The notes beneath the pieces were generated by a model. That model was not told the DNA's origin, did not search any database, and was given only the letters and a program-made list of their open reading frames with translations. The translations under genes were made by a program, and so were the position numbers. 64,000 nt of DNA from Acidobacteriota bacterium (lineage in GTDB: Bacteria; Acidobacteriota; UBA6911; RPQK01; JADFOI01): the NCBI GenBank assembly GCA_963663035.1, contig OY760074.1:1216001-1280000 (forward strand). Direction: 5' to 3'. Of the stretch, positions 51,993-63,554 are shown piece after piece (within the stretch, counting starts at the first letter, position 1; every line of letters begins with the position of its first letter).

Positions 51993-53675
51993 TCATGAAG
52001 TGACGACGGCCCGACCCCGCTGCAACAGTTCTCGGGCCTGCTTGCGGGTGATTTCTGTCAGGGCCTTCCCCGCCATCATTCTGGAGATCTCCTCCACACG
52101 ATCCTTCTGGTCAAGTGGGGTCAGTTCCACAATCGTGCGTTGAGCACTGGAACGTTTTTCCACATGGAAGTGCTGGGCAGCATAGGAGGCGATTTGGGGA
52201 AGGTGGGTGACGCAGAAGACCTGATGTTGAGTTCCCAGACGAGCCAGTCTCTCTCCGATGCTGGAAGCCACGCTCCCGCCAATTCCAGCATCCACCTCGT
52301 CGAAGACCAGCGTTTTCGAGTAGTCCTCCAGGGTGAGCATCGATTTTAAGGCCAAGACGGTGCGAGACAACTCACCGCCAGAAGCAATTTTCCCAAAAGG
52401 TTTGGGAGCCTCCCCAACATTGGCACTCAGGAGGAACTCAATCTCGTCAATTCCCTGCTCTGTAGCCCGCTCCTCTGCGGTGTTCAAGTGGGCCATGAAG
52501 ACAGCGCTTTCCATGTGCAAATCGGCCAGTTCCCGCTCCACTTGCTGGCTGAGAAGCTGAGCCTTTTGGTGTCTTTCTTTTGAAAGGCGTCGGGCCAGTT
52601 CCAGATATTCCTTCCCTAGCCTCTTCTCCTTCTCCGTTAACTGCTCGATCTGAGTTTCGCTCTGGGAGAGCTCCTGGACCTCCCCCTGGATCTCCTGGAA
52701 ATAGGCCAAAATCTCATCGACAGTGTCACCATATTTTCGTCGAGCCTTTTGAATTTCCGCCAGCCTTTCCTGGACAGCTTCCAGGCGGCCCGGGTCAAAC
52801 TCGATGCCACTGGTGTAGTCGCGCAGCTGGTAGGCAATCTCTTCCAGGGAGTAGCGTAGATCGCTGAGTTTCGCCATCACCGGGTGAAATTGCTGGTCCA
52901 GTCGAGAAAGCTCCTCCAGGTTCTTTGCGGCCTGATGCAGCAAACTCAGTGAAGACTCTTCCCGGTCATAGAGCAGCTGATAGGTTTGCTGCGATGCCTC
53001 GGAACGTTTTTCAGCACTGGCCAGGAGCCCTCGCTTGGCTTCCAACTCCACGTCCAGGCCTGCTTTGAGTTGAAGCTTTTCAATGTCGGCAATTTGAAAA
53101 CGCAGCGTATCGAGCCTTTGCAGCCTTTCCTGCTCGTTAGCCAGCAGCTGCCCCAGTTCTGAACGAACTGCCTGGAGCTGCTGAAAAGAGCTTTTCACAT
53201 CGTCAAGGAGTTGGCCGTGAGCACTAAAGGCGTCCAGAAAACGCAATTGAACACTGGGGCTCAGGAGCAGCTGCTGCTCGTGCTGACCGTGAATGTCGGC
53301 CAAGAGCGTTCCCAGCTGAGCAAGCACCCTCAGCGGACTCAGGACGCCGTTGATAAAGATCTTGTTGGCGCCCGTCAGAGAGATCTCACGGCGGATTATG
53401 ATCTCATCGCTCTCCAGCGGAATCCCCGCTTCAAGAAGATACGAGCGTGCTGGATGTTTTTTGGAGAGGGCGAAGATTCCTTCCAGGCGAGCCTGCTTAA
53501 AGCCCTGTCGAACCATCTCCTGGGAAGCACGCTCCCCCACCAGCAGAGCCACCGCGTCCACCAGAATCGACTTGCCCGATCCAGTCTCGCCCGTGATCAG
53601 GTTCAGCCCTTGTGTGAATTCGACTTCAAGGCGGTCGATTAAAGCGAAATTTTCAACGGACAGGAACTTCAACAT
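51993..53675 (-). CDS. recN: DNA repair protein RecN
   Basis: TGETGSGKS, DIHGQH, ASGGELSR, FDEVDAG and VTHLPQIA. Confidence 0.97.
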   Translation of the reverse strand: MLKFLSVENFALIDRLEVEFTQGLNLITGETGSGKSILVDAVALLVGERASQEMVRQGFKQARLEGIFALSKKHPARSYLLEAGIPLESDEIIIRREISLTGANKIFINGVLSPLRVLAQLGTLLADIHGQHEQQLLLSPSVQLRFLDAFSAHGQLLDDVKSSFQQLQAVRSELGQLLANEQERLQRLDTLRFQIADIEKLQLKAGLDVELEAKRGLLASAEKRSEASQQTYQLLYDREESSLSLLHQAAKNLEELSRLDQQFHPVMAKLSDLRYSLEEIAYQLRDYTSGIEFDPGRLEAVQERLAEIQKARRKYGDTVDEILAYFQEIQGEVQELSQSETQIEQLTEKEKRLGKEYLELARRLSKERHQKAQLLSQQVERELADLHMESAVFMAHLNTAEERATEQGIDEIEFLLSANVGEAPKPFGKIASGGELSRTVLALKSMLTLEDYSKTLVFDEVDAGIGGSVASSIGERLARLGTQHQVFCVTHLPQIASYAAQHFHVEKRSSAQRTIVELTPLDQKDRVEEISRMMAGKALTEITRKQARELLQRGRAVVTS

Positions 53676-53831
53676 GGTGGTTCATCAATCTTGCTCCTCT
53701 TTTTACCAAACGACAATGACCTTTCTCTTTCAAGCTGCTCAGCCGGTCATTGGGTCAGGCCATTTGGATAGTCTTTACAGGTGGAGAGTTGTGAGGTCAA
53801 TCGGTTACAATCAAGAAAAGCTGAGTAGGAG

Positions 53832-54554
53832 ATGGTGAGTTTGACTTTTTTTTTAGCCCAGCAGAGCTTTGGCTCTTTTTGGTCACTGGTCACGAGGAGT
53901 GGTCCCATTGCTCAGGGAGTTCTCGTGATTCTTTTGTTTTTCTCTGTCTTTTCCTGGGCCATCATCGTCCGAAAGATTCGCTTCTTCAAGGAGGTGAACC
54001 AGGAGACCCAGGGCTTTTACGAGCGATTTCAAAGTACTGACAGCCTCTCCGAACTCTATAGCGAATGTGAGCTCTATTCTAAATCGCCCCTGGCTGAGAT
54101 TTTCAGAAGCGGCTATGAGGAACTCAATCATCAGATCGAGGCTTCCGATAGCGAAGTCGCTTCAATTCCGTCCACGGGAGGCAAGGGAGCACTCAGAAGT
54201 TTAAATGGGCTGCAGCGGGCTCTTCAAAAAGCGGCCCAGACAGAGATGACGTCACTGGAGGGCTCTTTGTCCTGGCTGGCGACGACCGGGGCTGTGACTC
54301 CCTTTATTGGATTGTTTGGTACAGTGATTGGAATTATCAATGCCTTTCAAGGCCTTGGAGAAGGCGCTTTGACAACCATTCAGGCGGTAGCTCCCGGAAT
54401 CAGCGAGGCCCTGGTGGCTACGGCGGCCGGACTTTTCGCAGCCATTCCCGCTGTCATTGCTTACAACCAGTTTGTCAGTAGGCTTAAAGTGTTTGGTGTC
54501 GAGATGGATAATTTCTCGGCCGAGTTCTTAAACATCATGGAACGCAGTTTCTGA
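53832..54554 (+). CDS. tolQ: TolQ (MotA/TolQ/ExbB family)
   Basis: TPFIGLFGTV and VAPGISEALVATAAGL; tol-pal gene order. Confidence 0.9.
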   Translation: MVSLTFFLAQQSFGSFWSLVTRSGPIAQGVLVILLFFSVFSWAIIVRKIRFFKEVNQETQGFYERFQSTDSLSELYSECELYSKSPLAEIFRSGYEELNHQIEASDSEVASIPSTGGKGALRSLNGLQRALQKAAQTEMTSLEGSLSWLATTGAVTPFIGLFGTVIGIINAFQGLGEGALTTIQAVAPGISEALVATAAGLFAAIPAVIAYNQFVSRLKVFGVEMDNFSAEFLNIMERSF

Positions 54555-54564
54555 GTGGACCAAA

Positions 54565-54981
54565 ATGGCATTTGGCAATCTTCTGAATCCCACCCGGCCC
54601 TCTATAGCGGAAATCAACATCACTCCCTTGGTGGATGTGGTCTTGGTTCTGCTCATTATTTTCATGGTCACTGCCCCGATCCTTCAAACTGGAATTGAAG
54701 TGAATCTTCCCGAGACGAGAACGGTTGAGGCCGTCGACCCCGAGCAACTGGCTGTGATTACCATCAGTCGCGATGAGGTGCTCTTTTATCGGTCCAATCC
54801 TGTGAATTTTAATGAGCTGGGGGAATCGCTGAGAGCGGAAATCGGAGACAGCTCGGAAGCGATTTTTCTCCAGGCGGACGAGGATGTGCGTTGGAAAACG
54901 ATTGTGGCTGTGGTCGACGAAATTCGGGTCTCGGGATACAATCGGATTAATTTGGTCACCAAACCCTATCGGGAGAATTAA
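54565..54981 (+). CDS. tolR: TolR (ExbD/TolR family)
   Basis: EINITPLVDVVLVLLIIFMVTAP. Confidence 0.9.
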   Translation: MAFGNLLNPTRPSIAEINITPLVDVVLVLLIIFMVTAPILQTGIEVNLPETRTVEAVDPEQLAVITISRDEVLFYRSNPVNFNELGESLRAEIGDSSEAIFLQADEDVRWKTIVAVVDEIRVSGYNRINLVTKPYREN

Positions 54982-55001
54982 AAATAGTATCTCCAGGCGT
55001 C

Positions 55002-55802
55002 ATGACCTCGCATGTACGGGAAGAAGGATTCCGGGCACCTCTGATCCTGTCGGGGGTGGGCCACGTTCTGCTCTTCCTGTTCTTTCTCTTTGCCGTGGAC
55101 TTGGGTCCCCAGGGTGAACCCCTGGTGGTGGGAGGCGGAGTTGGGGGTGGACTGGGCGGCGACTTTGTGACGGTCGGATTATCCGATGAGCTGAGCGGTG
55201 GTACCGGGATGGTGAAGCCCTCGGTAATTCCCCGCCCTGCGGCGGCACCGCCTTCGCCCAAACCGCCGGAACCCGAGCCTGCGGCTCCCCAGACGGAGGA
55301 AGTCTTCGTTCAAGAGCCCTCCGTCAAGGAGACCGCACGGCCGCCTTCCACGTCCCAGCCGCAGACGGAAATCTCCGCTGAAGTTCCCCCACCTGGACAG
55401 ATCCCCCGCCAGCCCGATCCGGGAAGTGGCGGACCCGGGAGCCAAAGTTTGGGCTCGGAAGGGGGACTTGGTGGAGGACAGGGAGTCACCATTGGTGCGG
55501 GGACCGGCGAAGGGGCCATGGACTCCTGGTATGTACGCCTGGTTGAGCAGCGGGTGGGGCTCAACTGGCTGAAAACCTCGTTAGGTCGACTGGAAACCCC
55601 CGTTCAAACCGTGATCAGCTTTGAGATTCAACCCGATGGGACCATAGACAATGTTCAAATCGAGCAAAGGAGCGGCATCGCAACGGTCGATCTGGCAGCG
55701 GAACGAGCCGTGCAGGCCAGCAATCCCCTCTCCCCTCTGCCTAACGAATTTCGCCACCTGAAGGTGAAGTTTGTTGCTTACTTTGAGTATCCTCCAAAAT
55801 GA
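55002..55802 (+). CDS. TolA/TonB-family protein
   Basis: N-terminal TM with His, Pro/Gly-rich linker and TonB-C-like domain; sits in the tolA position. Confidence 0.85.
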   Translation: MTSHVREEGFRAPLILSGVGHVLLFLFFLFAVDLGPQGEPLVVGGGVGGGLGGDFVTVGLSDELSGGTGMVKPSVIPRPAAAPPSPKPPEPEPAAPQTEEVFVQEPSVKETARPPSTSQPQTEISAEVPPPGQIPRQPDPGSGGPGSQSLGSEGGLGGGQGVTIGAGTGEGAMDSWYVRLVEQRVGLNWLKTSLGRLETPVQTVISFEIQPDGTIDNVQIEQRSGIATVDLAAERAVQASNPLSPLPNEFRHLKVKFVAYFEYPPK

Positions 55803-55831
55803 GAAAGAAAGAGAGAAGAGAGAATTTCCTA

Positions 55832-57169
55832 ATGAATAAATGGCTTCTGGTCCTTTGCTTGTTTTCCACCAGCTCACTTCTTGAGGCTCAAAGTCTGGAC
55901 GTTGTCATCTATCCGCGCCCCAGAGAGGATACCAAGCTGGCCGTGGTCGACTTCGTGCCCCGCACTGTAGCCACTCAGAGTGTTCAGGCAGCCGTAAGAG
56001 TGTTTAACAGGGTCCTTTGGGATGATCTGGAGTTTTCCGCTTTTTTTGAGTTGCCTTCCAAGAGTTTTTACCCGCTCAAACCCATTCGTTCTCCCATAGA
56101 AGTGAATTTTGACAACTGGCAGGTTCCGACTCTGGACGTCGACTTTCTCATCTTCGGCAATCTTCAGCTGGAGAGTGGTGTATCTGTGGTGGAGGCCTAT
56201 TTATACGACGTCAGGACTCGCGATCAGGTTTTGGGAAAGCGCTACACTATCTCAGACAGTGCCTTGATCCAGTCGGTGGCTCACGAATTTGCCGATCAGG
56301 TGGTTTTCCAGCTCTCTGCCGGCACCAGCCGCGGTGTGGCTCGTGCTAGGATCGCTTTTTCGTCCCTCAAAGGAGACAGTAAGGAAGTCTACGTGATGGA
56401 CTACGATGGAGCCAATCAACAGGTTGTCACGGCCAATGGGGGTTTGAACAAGTTTCCCGAGTGGTCTTCTGATAACTCGAAGCTGGCTTTTATCACCAAT
56501 CTTCCCGAGAGCCGCCGGTGGGAATTGTGGATTCAAGACCTCACGGGTGGGAGAACGGTCTTGCCGATGCCAACTTCCTATGTCTCATCCCCGGCATTTG
56601 CACCCGATGGCATGAGGATCGCCTTTTCTTCGCGGGAGGTCAATGGAATGGATGCGGGCATTTACCTGGCAGATCTTGATGGCGGCAGGCTGAGAAACCT
56701 GAGTAACCACCCCGCCATCGACACTTCTCCCAGCTGGAGTCCAACCGGCCGGCAGATCGCCTTCATCTCTGATCGCTCCGGCTCACCTCAACTGTGGGTC
56801 ATGGATGCTGATGGGTCCAATCTTCAGATACTGGTCACAGAAGGTGGTCACTGCGACAGTCCCAGCTGGTCCCCGGACGGTCGATTGATCACCTATTCCT
56901 GGCAAGCACCCGGGCAGTGGAAGCACGACATCTATGTGATCGAAGTGGCCACCGAGAAGGTTTTTCAGCTGACTTCAGGTCGCGGCAGCAATGAAAGTCC
57001 ACACTGGTCCCCCGATGGCCGTCATATCACCTTTCAAAGCAGTCGAACCGGCTCCAAGCAGATCTTTGTCATGAATGCAGATGGGCGACAGATAAAACAA
57101 GTCACCGCATATGGTATAAACGAGAGTCCCTCGTGGTCAGGCTACCCTGTCACTGATTCTCAGGAGTGA
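55832..57169 (+). CDS. tolB: TolB beta-propeller protein
   Basis: Signal peptide, AHEFAD, VMDYDGAN and repeated SPSWSPDG (PD40) motifs. Confidence 0.92.
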   Translation: MNKWLLVLCLFSTSSLLEAQSLDVVIYPRPREDTKLAVVDFVPRTVATQSVQAAVRVFNRVLWDDLEFSAFFELPSKSFYPLKPIRSPIEVNFDNWQVPTLDVDFLIFGNLQLESGVSVVEAYLYDVRTRDQVLGKRYTISDSALIQSVAHEFADQVVFQLSAGTSRGVARARIAFSSLKGDSKEVYVMDYDGANQQVVTANGGLNKFPEWSSDNSKLAFITNLPESRRWELWIQDLTGGRTVLPMPTSYVSSPAFAPDGMRIAFSSREVNGMDAGIYLADLDGGRLRNLSNHPAIDTSPSWSPTGRQIAFISDRSGSPQLWVMDADGSNLQILVTEGGHCDSPSWSPDGRLITYSWQAPGQWKHDIYVIEVATEKVFQLTSGRGSNESPHWSPDGRHITFQSSRTGSKQIFVMNADGRQIKQVTAYGINESPSWSGYPVTDSQE

Positions 57170-57966
57170 GAGAGGAAGGACCCATTTTGATGCTGCCAGT
57201 TTCTCGTCTGAATCTCATTAGAGTCTTCTGTCTCTTCTTCCTGTTCACCGTTCCGGCTTGCCGGAGTAAGCGTCCTCCCATAGTGGAATTGCCACCTCCT
57301 GTCCCGACCACTGAGACCGAACCCGGGTCTGTGGGCCCAATGCCGACTGTTGCCATCAGCGCCTCACCCAACACCATCGCACGGGGAGAGCAGACGACCT
57401 TGAACTGGGAGTCCACCAATACCCTCTCGCTGGTGATTGACATGGGAGTGGGCAATGTTGCCGAGAGCGGGTCCCTGGTGGTGCTGCCAAGAGAATCGAC
57501 CACCTATACGGCAACAGCAACTGGCCCGGCAGGAGACTCCAGCTCCAGCACACGTGTGACGGTTCTCCCTGCTTCGGCGCGAGGAATCATTAGCTCCACA
57601 GATCTGGAACGGCTGCGCCTGGCCATCGAGGAGGGCGAAGTCAAACCCCTCCTTTTCGAGTATGATCAAGCGCTCATCACCAGCGAGGGAAAGCGCCTGC
57701 TGGAAGAGAACGCCCGTGTGTTTCGCCAGTATCCGGATGCCACAATCATCATTGAAGGCCACTGTGATGAGCGAGGGACCGAAGAATACAATCTGGCATT
57801 AGGGGATCGAAGGGCTCAGATAGTCAAAGCCTATCTGGTCGAGCTGGGGATAGATCCCGTTCGCCTGCAAACACTTTCCTTTGGTGAGGAACGCCCCTTT
57901 GTCCAGGGATATGACGAGGCTGCCTACCGGCTGAACCGCCGCGCTCACTTCGTAGTGAGAAGGTGA
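57166..57966 (+). CDS. pal: Peptidoglycan-associated lipoprotein with an extra beta-rich N-terminal domain
   Basis: Lipobox VPAC, IEGHCDERGTEEYNLALGDRRA, SFGEERP and NRRAHF. Confidence 0.9.
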   Translation: MREEGPILMLPVSRLNLIRVFCLFFLFTVPACRSKRPPIVELPPPVPTTETEPGSVGPMPTVAISASPNTIARGEQTTLNWESTNTLSLVIDMGVGNVAESGSLVVLPRESTTYTATATGPAGDSSSSTRVTVLPASARGIISSTDLERLRLAIEEGEVKPLLFEYDQALITSEGKRLLEENARVFRQYPDATIIIEGHCDERGTEEYNLALGDRRAQIVKAYLVELGIDPVRLQTLSFGEERPFVQGYDEAAYRLNRRAHFVVRR

Positions 57967-57970
57967 ACCA

Positions 57971-57998
57971 CTGACAACTGACCGCTGACAGCTGACAG
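57971..57998. repeat. Heptamer tandem repeat (CTGAC-NN x4)
   Basis: CTGACAA CTGACCG CTGACAG CTGACAG directly after pal. Confidence 0.65.
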
Positions 57999-58090
57999 GA
58001 TTACTCAAGCCTCTTGCCGTTTCCCATTGTCTTTAACCCCCTTCACGGCGTAACATTGGGCTCAACTGCATTGCAGTGAGGGGGAGTTTC

Positions 58091-60811
58091 GTGCTCGGTA
58101 AGACCATCAGTCACTACAAGGTTCTTGAAAAGATCGGCCAGGGCGGTATGGGCGAGGTCTACCGTGCCACCGATACCAAGCTGAACCGCGACGTGGCGCT
58201 CAAGATCCTGCCCGAGCAGTTTGCCTCTGATTCCCAGCGAATGGGCAGGTTTCAACGGGAAGCGGAGGTCTTAGCTTCCCTGGATCATCCCAACATTGGG
58301 CAGATTTACGGCATCGAAAACGCAGGCCAGACCAAGGCCCTGGTTCTCCAGCTCATCGAAGGACCCACCCTGGCGGAAAGAATTGCCCAGGGACCAATTC
58401 CTGTAGAGGATGCCCTCAAGTTCGCCCTGCAGATGGCAGAAGGGTTGGAGGCTGCCCATGAAAAGGGGGTGATCCATCGAGATCTGAAGCCTGCCAATGT
58501 CAAGATTACCCCGGAAGGCCAGGTCAAGATTCTGGACTTTGGATTGGCTAAGGCCCTGGAGGCTGAAGCACCCGACTCAAGCCTCTCCCAATCCCCGACG
58601 CTGACCAATGCGGCCACACAGGCGGGGGTGATTCTGGGGACAGCGGCTTATATGAGTCCGGAACAGGCCAGAGGTAAACCAACCGACCGCCGTGCTGACA
58701 TTTGGGCGATCGGTGTCGTCCTTTTCGAGATGCTGTCTGGAAAGCGTGCCTTTGAGGGTGAAGATGTCTCTCAGACTCTTGCTGCTGTCATCATGACAGA
58801 GCCGGACTGGAGTCTTCTTCCTTCTGCAACCCCTGGGCCAATCCTGCGGTTGCTGCAACGCTGTCTTGACCGGGAACCGCATGACAGGCTTCAAGCCATT
58901 GGTGAGTTTCGCATCGCGGTATCTCGCTACCTCGCCGATCCCGTTGACCCGTTGGCTCAATCAGTCGCGGATGCCGTCCAGGCACCCCAGCGACGGATGC
59001 TTCCATGGCTGGCAGCCATCGCTCTCGCTACCATTGTCGCCGTAATAGCAACTTGGAACCTTAAGCCAACAGAGCCACAACCCCTAGCTCCAGCTACTCG
59101 CTTCTATCATGAACTACCCGACAGCCAAATCTTTACAAGAGCGGCGAGCCTGCTTGTGGCGGTATCGCCAGATGGCAGCCAGATTGTCTACGGTGCCAAC
59201 CGCCAACTTTATCTGAGAAACCTGGACGAGATGGAAGCACGTCCCATTCAAGGAACGGATGAAGACCCTGCCAGCCCGTTCTTTTCACCCGGCGGCGAAT
59301 GGGTCGGATACTTTTCAGCCGCGGATAGGCAGTTGAAGAAGATCGCCCCAATCGGAGGTGCATCGGTGACCTTGTGCGATGCAGCGAGACCCTTTGGTGC
59401 GAGTTGGGGTTCAGACGACACCATCGTGTATGGCCAGCCTGAGGGCATCATGCGCGTGTCCGCCAATGGCGGAACTCCCGAGTTGGTAGTTCCAACAGAA
59501 GCACCAGAACAGGTGCATGGCCCCCAAATGTTGCCAGGTGGTGAGTGGGTGCTGTTCACGTTGACCAGCGCAAGTGGTGCAGCCCGCTGGGATGAGGCAC
59601 AGAGTGTAGCGCAATCGCTGGAATCAGGTGAACGGAAGATTCTGTGGGAGGGCGGCAGTGATGCGCGTTATCTTCCTACCGGGCATCTCGTCTATGCGTT
59701 GGAAGACGTGCTCTTCGCGCTTCCCTTTGACCTGGCCAGCCTGGAGGTTTCAGGCGGACCGGTTCCGATGGTTGAGGGAGTTCGGCGGACTGAAAATCCT
59801 TCAAGCTTCACGGCCAGCGCAAACTATGGATTCTCAGACGGTGGGACGCTCATATATATACCAGGCACGGCAGCACTTGCTCAGATGCGTGTTCTTGCAC
59901 TGGTGGACCGCAATGGCCTGGTGGAACGCTTCAACTTGCCGCCCAAACAATATCTGAGTCCGCGTCTATCGCCGGACGGACAGACCCTCCTCGTTCAGAG
60001 TGTCGAAGGCTCCGAAAATATCATTTGGGTGTATGACCTCACCGGCGGCACGGCGATCCAGCAACTGACGCTTGAGGGCAACAACCACCGTCCCGTCTGG
60101 ACTCCGGACAGCCAACGCATCACCTTCTCCTCGGACCGGGATGGGACGATGAGTCTCTACTGGATGCCAGCCGATGGCAGCGGTGTCGCCGAGCGTCTGA
60201 CGACAGCCGAAGAGGGAACAAGCCACTGGATGGGGTCCTGGTCGCCGGACGGCGAACTCCTGGTGTTCAATGTAGAAAGGGCCCTCGCGACCGATTGGGA
60301 CATTTGGACGTTGTCCGTGGATGATCGAGAGACTCAAAGCCTCTATGACACGCCTGGAACCATATATATGGGTGCAGAGCTCTCTCCCAATGCTGAATGG
60401 TTGGCTTACGGAGCGGGCCCGAATTCTGGGGCAGTCGACATCTATGTTGAGCCGTTTCCGCCGACAGGAGCCAGGCGTAGGATTTCACAAGACGGGGGTT
60501 ATTGGCCTTTGTGGTCACCTGAAGGGAGTGAGCTCTTCTACCGACCCGTTTCCACCACTGCAGGAATAACACTGAGGTCGGTCGATATTGTCACTCAACC
60601 GGCCTTTGGGTTCAGCAACGAACAGACGCTTCCAATTGAAGGGTTCAACGTGGTTTCCTACTACAGGGACTACGACATGAGTTCCGACGGCAAACGACTG
60701 CTCATGGTGTTCCCAGCGGACCAGCCCGATATCGGCGAACCCGCCGGTGAGCAAATCAACGTCGTCCTCAACTGGTTCGAGGAACTGAAGGAACGGGTGC
60801 CCGTGCCATGA
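58091..60811 (+). CDS. Hanks-type Ser/Thr kinase with TM segment and TolB-like beta-propellers
   Basis: GQGGMGEVY, VALK, HRDLKPAN, DFG, YMSPE; PD40-like repeats; C-terminal [12 protein letters not shown]. Confidence 0.95.
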   Translation: MLGKTISHYKVLEKIGQGGMGEVYRATDTKLNRDVALKILPEQFASDSQRMGRFQREAEVLASLDHPNIGQIYGIENAGQTKALVLQLIEGPTLAERIAQGPIPVEDALKFALQMAEGLEAAHEKGVIHRDLKPANVKITPEGQVKILDFGLAKALEAEAPDSSLSQSPTLTNAATQAGVILGTAAYMSPEQARGKPTDRRADIWAIGVVLFEMLSGKRAFEGEDVSQTLAAVIMTEPDWSLLPSATPGPILRLLQRCLDREPHDRLQAIGEFRIAVSRYLADPVDPLAQSVADAVQAPQRRMLPWLAAIALATIVAVIATWNLKPTEPQPLAPATRFYHELPDSQIFTRAASLLVAVSPDGSQIVYGANRQLYLRNLDEMEARPIQGTDEDPASPFFSPGGEWVGYFSAADRQLKKIAPIGGASVTLCDAARPFGASWGSDDTIVYGQPEGIMRVSANGGTPELVVPTEAPEQVHGPQMLPGGEWVLFTLTSASGAARWDEAQSVAQSLESGERKILWEGGSDARYLPTGHLVYALEDVLFALPFDLASLEVSGGPVPMVEGVRRTENPSSFTASANYGFSDGGTLIYIPGTAALAQMRVLALVDRNGLVERFNLPPKQYLSPRLSPDGQTLLVQSVEGSENIIWVYDLTGGTAIQQLTLEGNNHRPVWTPDSQRITFSSDRDGTMSLYWMPADGSGVAERLTTAEEGTSHWMGSWSPDGELLVFNVERALATDWDIWTLSVDDRETQSLYDTPGTIYMGAELSPNAEWLAYGAGPNSGAVDIYVEPFPPTGARRRISQDGGYWPLWSPEGSELFYRPVSTTAGITLRSVDIVTQPAFGFSNEQTLPIEGFNVVSYYRDYDMSSDGKRLLMVFPADQPDIGEPAGEQINVVLNWFEELKERVPVP

Positions 60812-63553
60812 TCGGCAAGACACTCTCCCATTACAAGATCATTGAAAAGCTAGGCGCTGGCGGGCAAGGCGAAGTCTACCTGGCCGAAGACAGCCGCCTG
60901 GACCGAAAGGTCGCCCTCAAAATCCTGCCCCAGCATCTCGCAGAGAGAGCCGACTTGCGGGAGAGGTTTGAGCGTGAAGCACGGGCCGTCTCCAGCCTCA
61001 ACCATCCCCATATCTGCACCCTTTATGACATCGGAGAGCAGGACGGCATCCACTATCTGGTCATGGAGCACTTGGAGGGGGAGACGCTGGCAGCAAGGCT
61101 GGAGAAAGGATCACTGCCCCTGGAGAAGACCCTGCAATATGCCATCCAGATTGCCGATGCCCTGGATAAGGCCCACCGGCAGGGTGTGGTGCATCGGGAT
61201 TTGAAGCCTGGCAACATCATGCTCACCAAGGTTGGGGCCAAGCTGCTGGATTTCGGTTTGGCTAAGCTGCAGGCAACGGAGACACCCACCAACCTGTCTG
61301 CCCTGCCCACGGAGCAGGCCAGCCTCACCGCCGAGGGGACCATCCTGGGTACGTTGCAGTACATGGCCCCTGAGCAGTTGGAAGGCAAGGAGGCGGACAG
61401 TAGAACCGACATCTTTGCCTTTGGTGCGGTGGTTTATGAAATGGCGACGGGGAAGAAGGCATTCGAGGGAAGCAGCCAGGCCAGTTTGATTGCGGCCATT
61501 CTAAAGGATGATCCTCGGCCCATGTCCGAGCTTCAGCCGAGGTCGCCTTCGACACTGGACCACGTTGTGCGAAGGTGCATGTCTAAAGCTCCTGAAGATC
61601 GATGGCAGGCGTCCAGTGATGTGATGGCGGAGTTGAGATGGGTGACTGAGGTGGGGACATCAGCAGACTCCTTGCCTGCGGTTACTGCCCCTGTGGTTTG
61701 GAAGAGGGCGATTCCGTGGACCTTGGCCGGTGCGATCGCGCTGAGCGCCGGGCTCACGATGTGGAATCTGTGGAGAACGATCCCGTCTGCACCACAGTCT
61801 GTCGCTCGGGTGGTCATACCGCTTCCGTCAACCGCGCCCTTTGAGGTCGAGACTTGGCGCCCGGCTGTGGCCCTGTCACCGGATGGCACCCGCCTGGTTT
61901 ATGTCGCTAATCGCGGTGGCAAGAGGCAGCTCTACCTCCGCCGGATGGATCGGTTGGATGCCACCGCGATCCCCGGGACCGAGGGCGGCCACAGCCCCTT
62001 CTTCTCGCCCGACGGGCAATCCGTGGGATTTGTCGTTGGCGACAAACTGAAGAAGGTACCCGTCTCAGGAGGGGCACCCCAGACCCTCACCTTAGTGACT
62101 CCAGTTACGCGGGGCGCGAGCTGGGGGTCTGACGACACCATCATATTCGCTACCAATCCTAACGGGGGCCTCTCGCGGATCTTAGCCGTCGGGAACACGC
62201 CGCCGCCTGACGCATTCTCCGACGCTCCGACCAGGCCAAGAGGAGATCAGGTCTTAACCACACCCGACCCCACGAAAGGAGAATACAGCCACCGCTGGCC
62301 CCAGTTTCTGCCCGGTGGTAAGGCGGTTCTCTTCACCATCGACACGGGGGGCAGTTTCGATGAGGCCCGAATCGCAGTGCTTTCCCTGGAGACGGGAAAG
62401 ACGGATGTTTTGTTCGACGGAGGCACCAACGCCCGGTACTTGCCTACAGGGCACATAGTTTTTTGCCGGGCAGGCGCACTTCTGGCGGTGCCCTTTGATC
62501 TTGACCGGCTTGAGCGAACCGGAGACCCAGTCACTGTCATCGAGGGCATCTTGATGGAACCTGGCGGCGCAGCCCACTTCACCTTCTCCGATGACGGATC
62601 ACTGGCCTACGTCCCGGGAGGCATATTCGTACCGGACCGCAAGCTGGTTTGGGTCAACCGGCAGGGGGAGGTCGACCCGCTGCCAGCCGAACCGCGAGAG
62701 TATCAGGACGCCAGCCTCTCGCCCGATGGTCAGCAGGTGGCAGTGTCCATTCGTGAAGGGTCTAACTATGATGTCTGGGTCTCTGAGGTAGCACGGGGCT
62801 CCCTGACCCGGCTGACGTCCCATCCGGAGGAGGACGGTTTTCCGATCTGGACGCCCGATGGCAAGCATGTGACTTTTTATTCTGAAATGGCGGGTGAGTT
62901 TCCAACCTTGTGGTGGAGACCCGCCGACGGCAGCGGCCCGCAGGAGTTACTCCTTGAACGCGAAGAGGGGCGGGGGCGACTTCCCACTTCCTGGTCACCC
63001 GACGGTCAAACGCTGGCCTTCAATTACATACTGGGTTCCGAAACAGGATCCGACATCTGGATCCTTCCGCTTGAGGGCGAAGGGAAGCCGTGGGCCTTCC
63101 TCGACACAGAGTTTGACGAAACCGCGGCAATGTTTTCACCCGACGGCCGCTTGCTCGCCTATATGTCCAATGAAACAGGCCGTGATGAAGTATACGTGCA
63201 ACCCTTTAGCGTCAACGGCCCCCGTTGGAAGCGGCAGCTCTCGGTCGGTGGTGGCGCCGAGCCACTGTGGGCACCGGACAGCCGGGACCTCTTCTACCGC
63301 AACGGCGACAAAATGATGGCCGTTGCCCATCGAGACTGTGCCGGAGCTCTCAGTAGGAACACCGCGTACGCTATTTGAAGGGCGCTTCCTGCCAGCCTCG
63401 TCGAGTTATGATTTTGCAAGTAGTTACGACATCTCGCCCAATGGCCAGCGTTTCCTGATGATCAAGCGTGAGCAGAATCTGGTGCCGACGGAATTGATCG
63501 TCATCCTCAACTGGTTCGAGGAACTGAAACGCCTCGTCCCCACAGACAACTAA
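60808..63553 (+). pseudogene. Second Ser/Thr kinase-propeller gene, frameshifted near 63326
   Basis: Intact kinase motifs; frame breaks at GTTGCCCATCGAG and the conserved C-terminus ([16 protein letters not shown]) lies in ORF 63323-63553; may be a sequencing error. Confidence 0.85.
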
Positions 63554-63554
63554 C

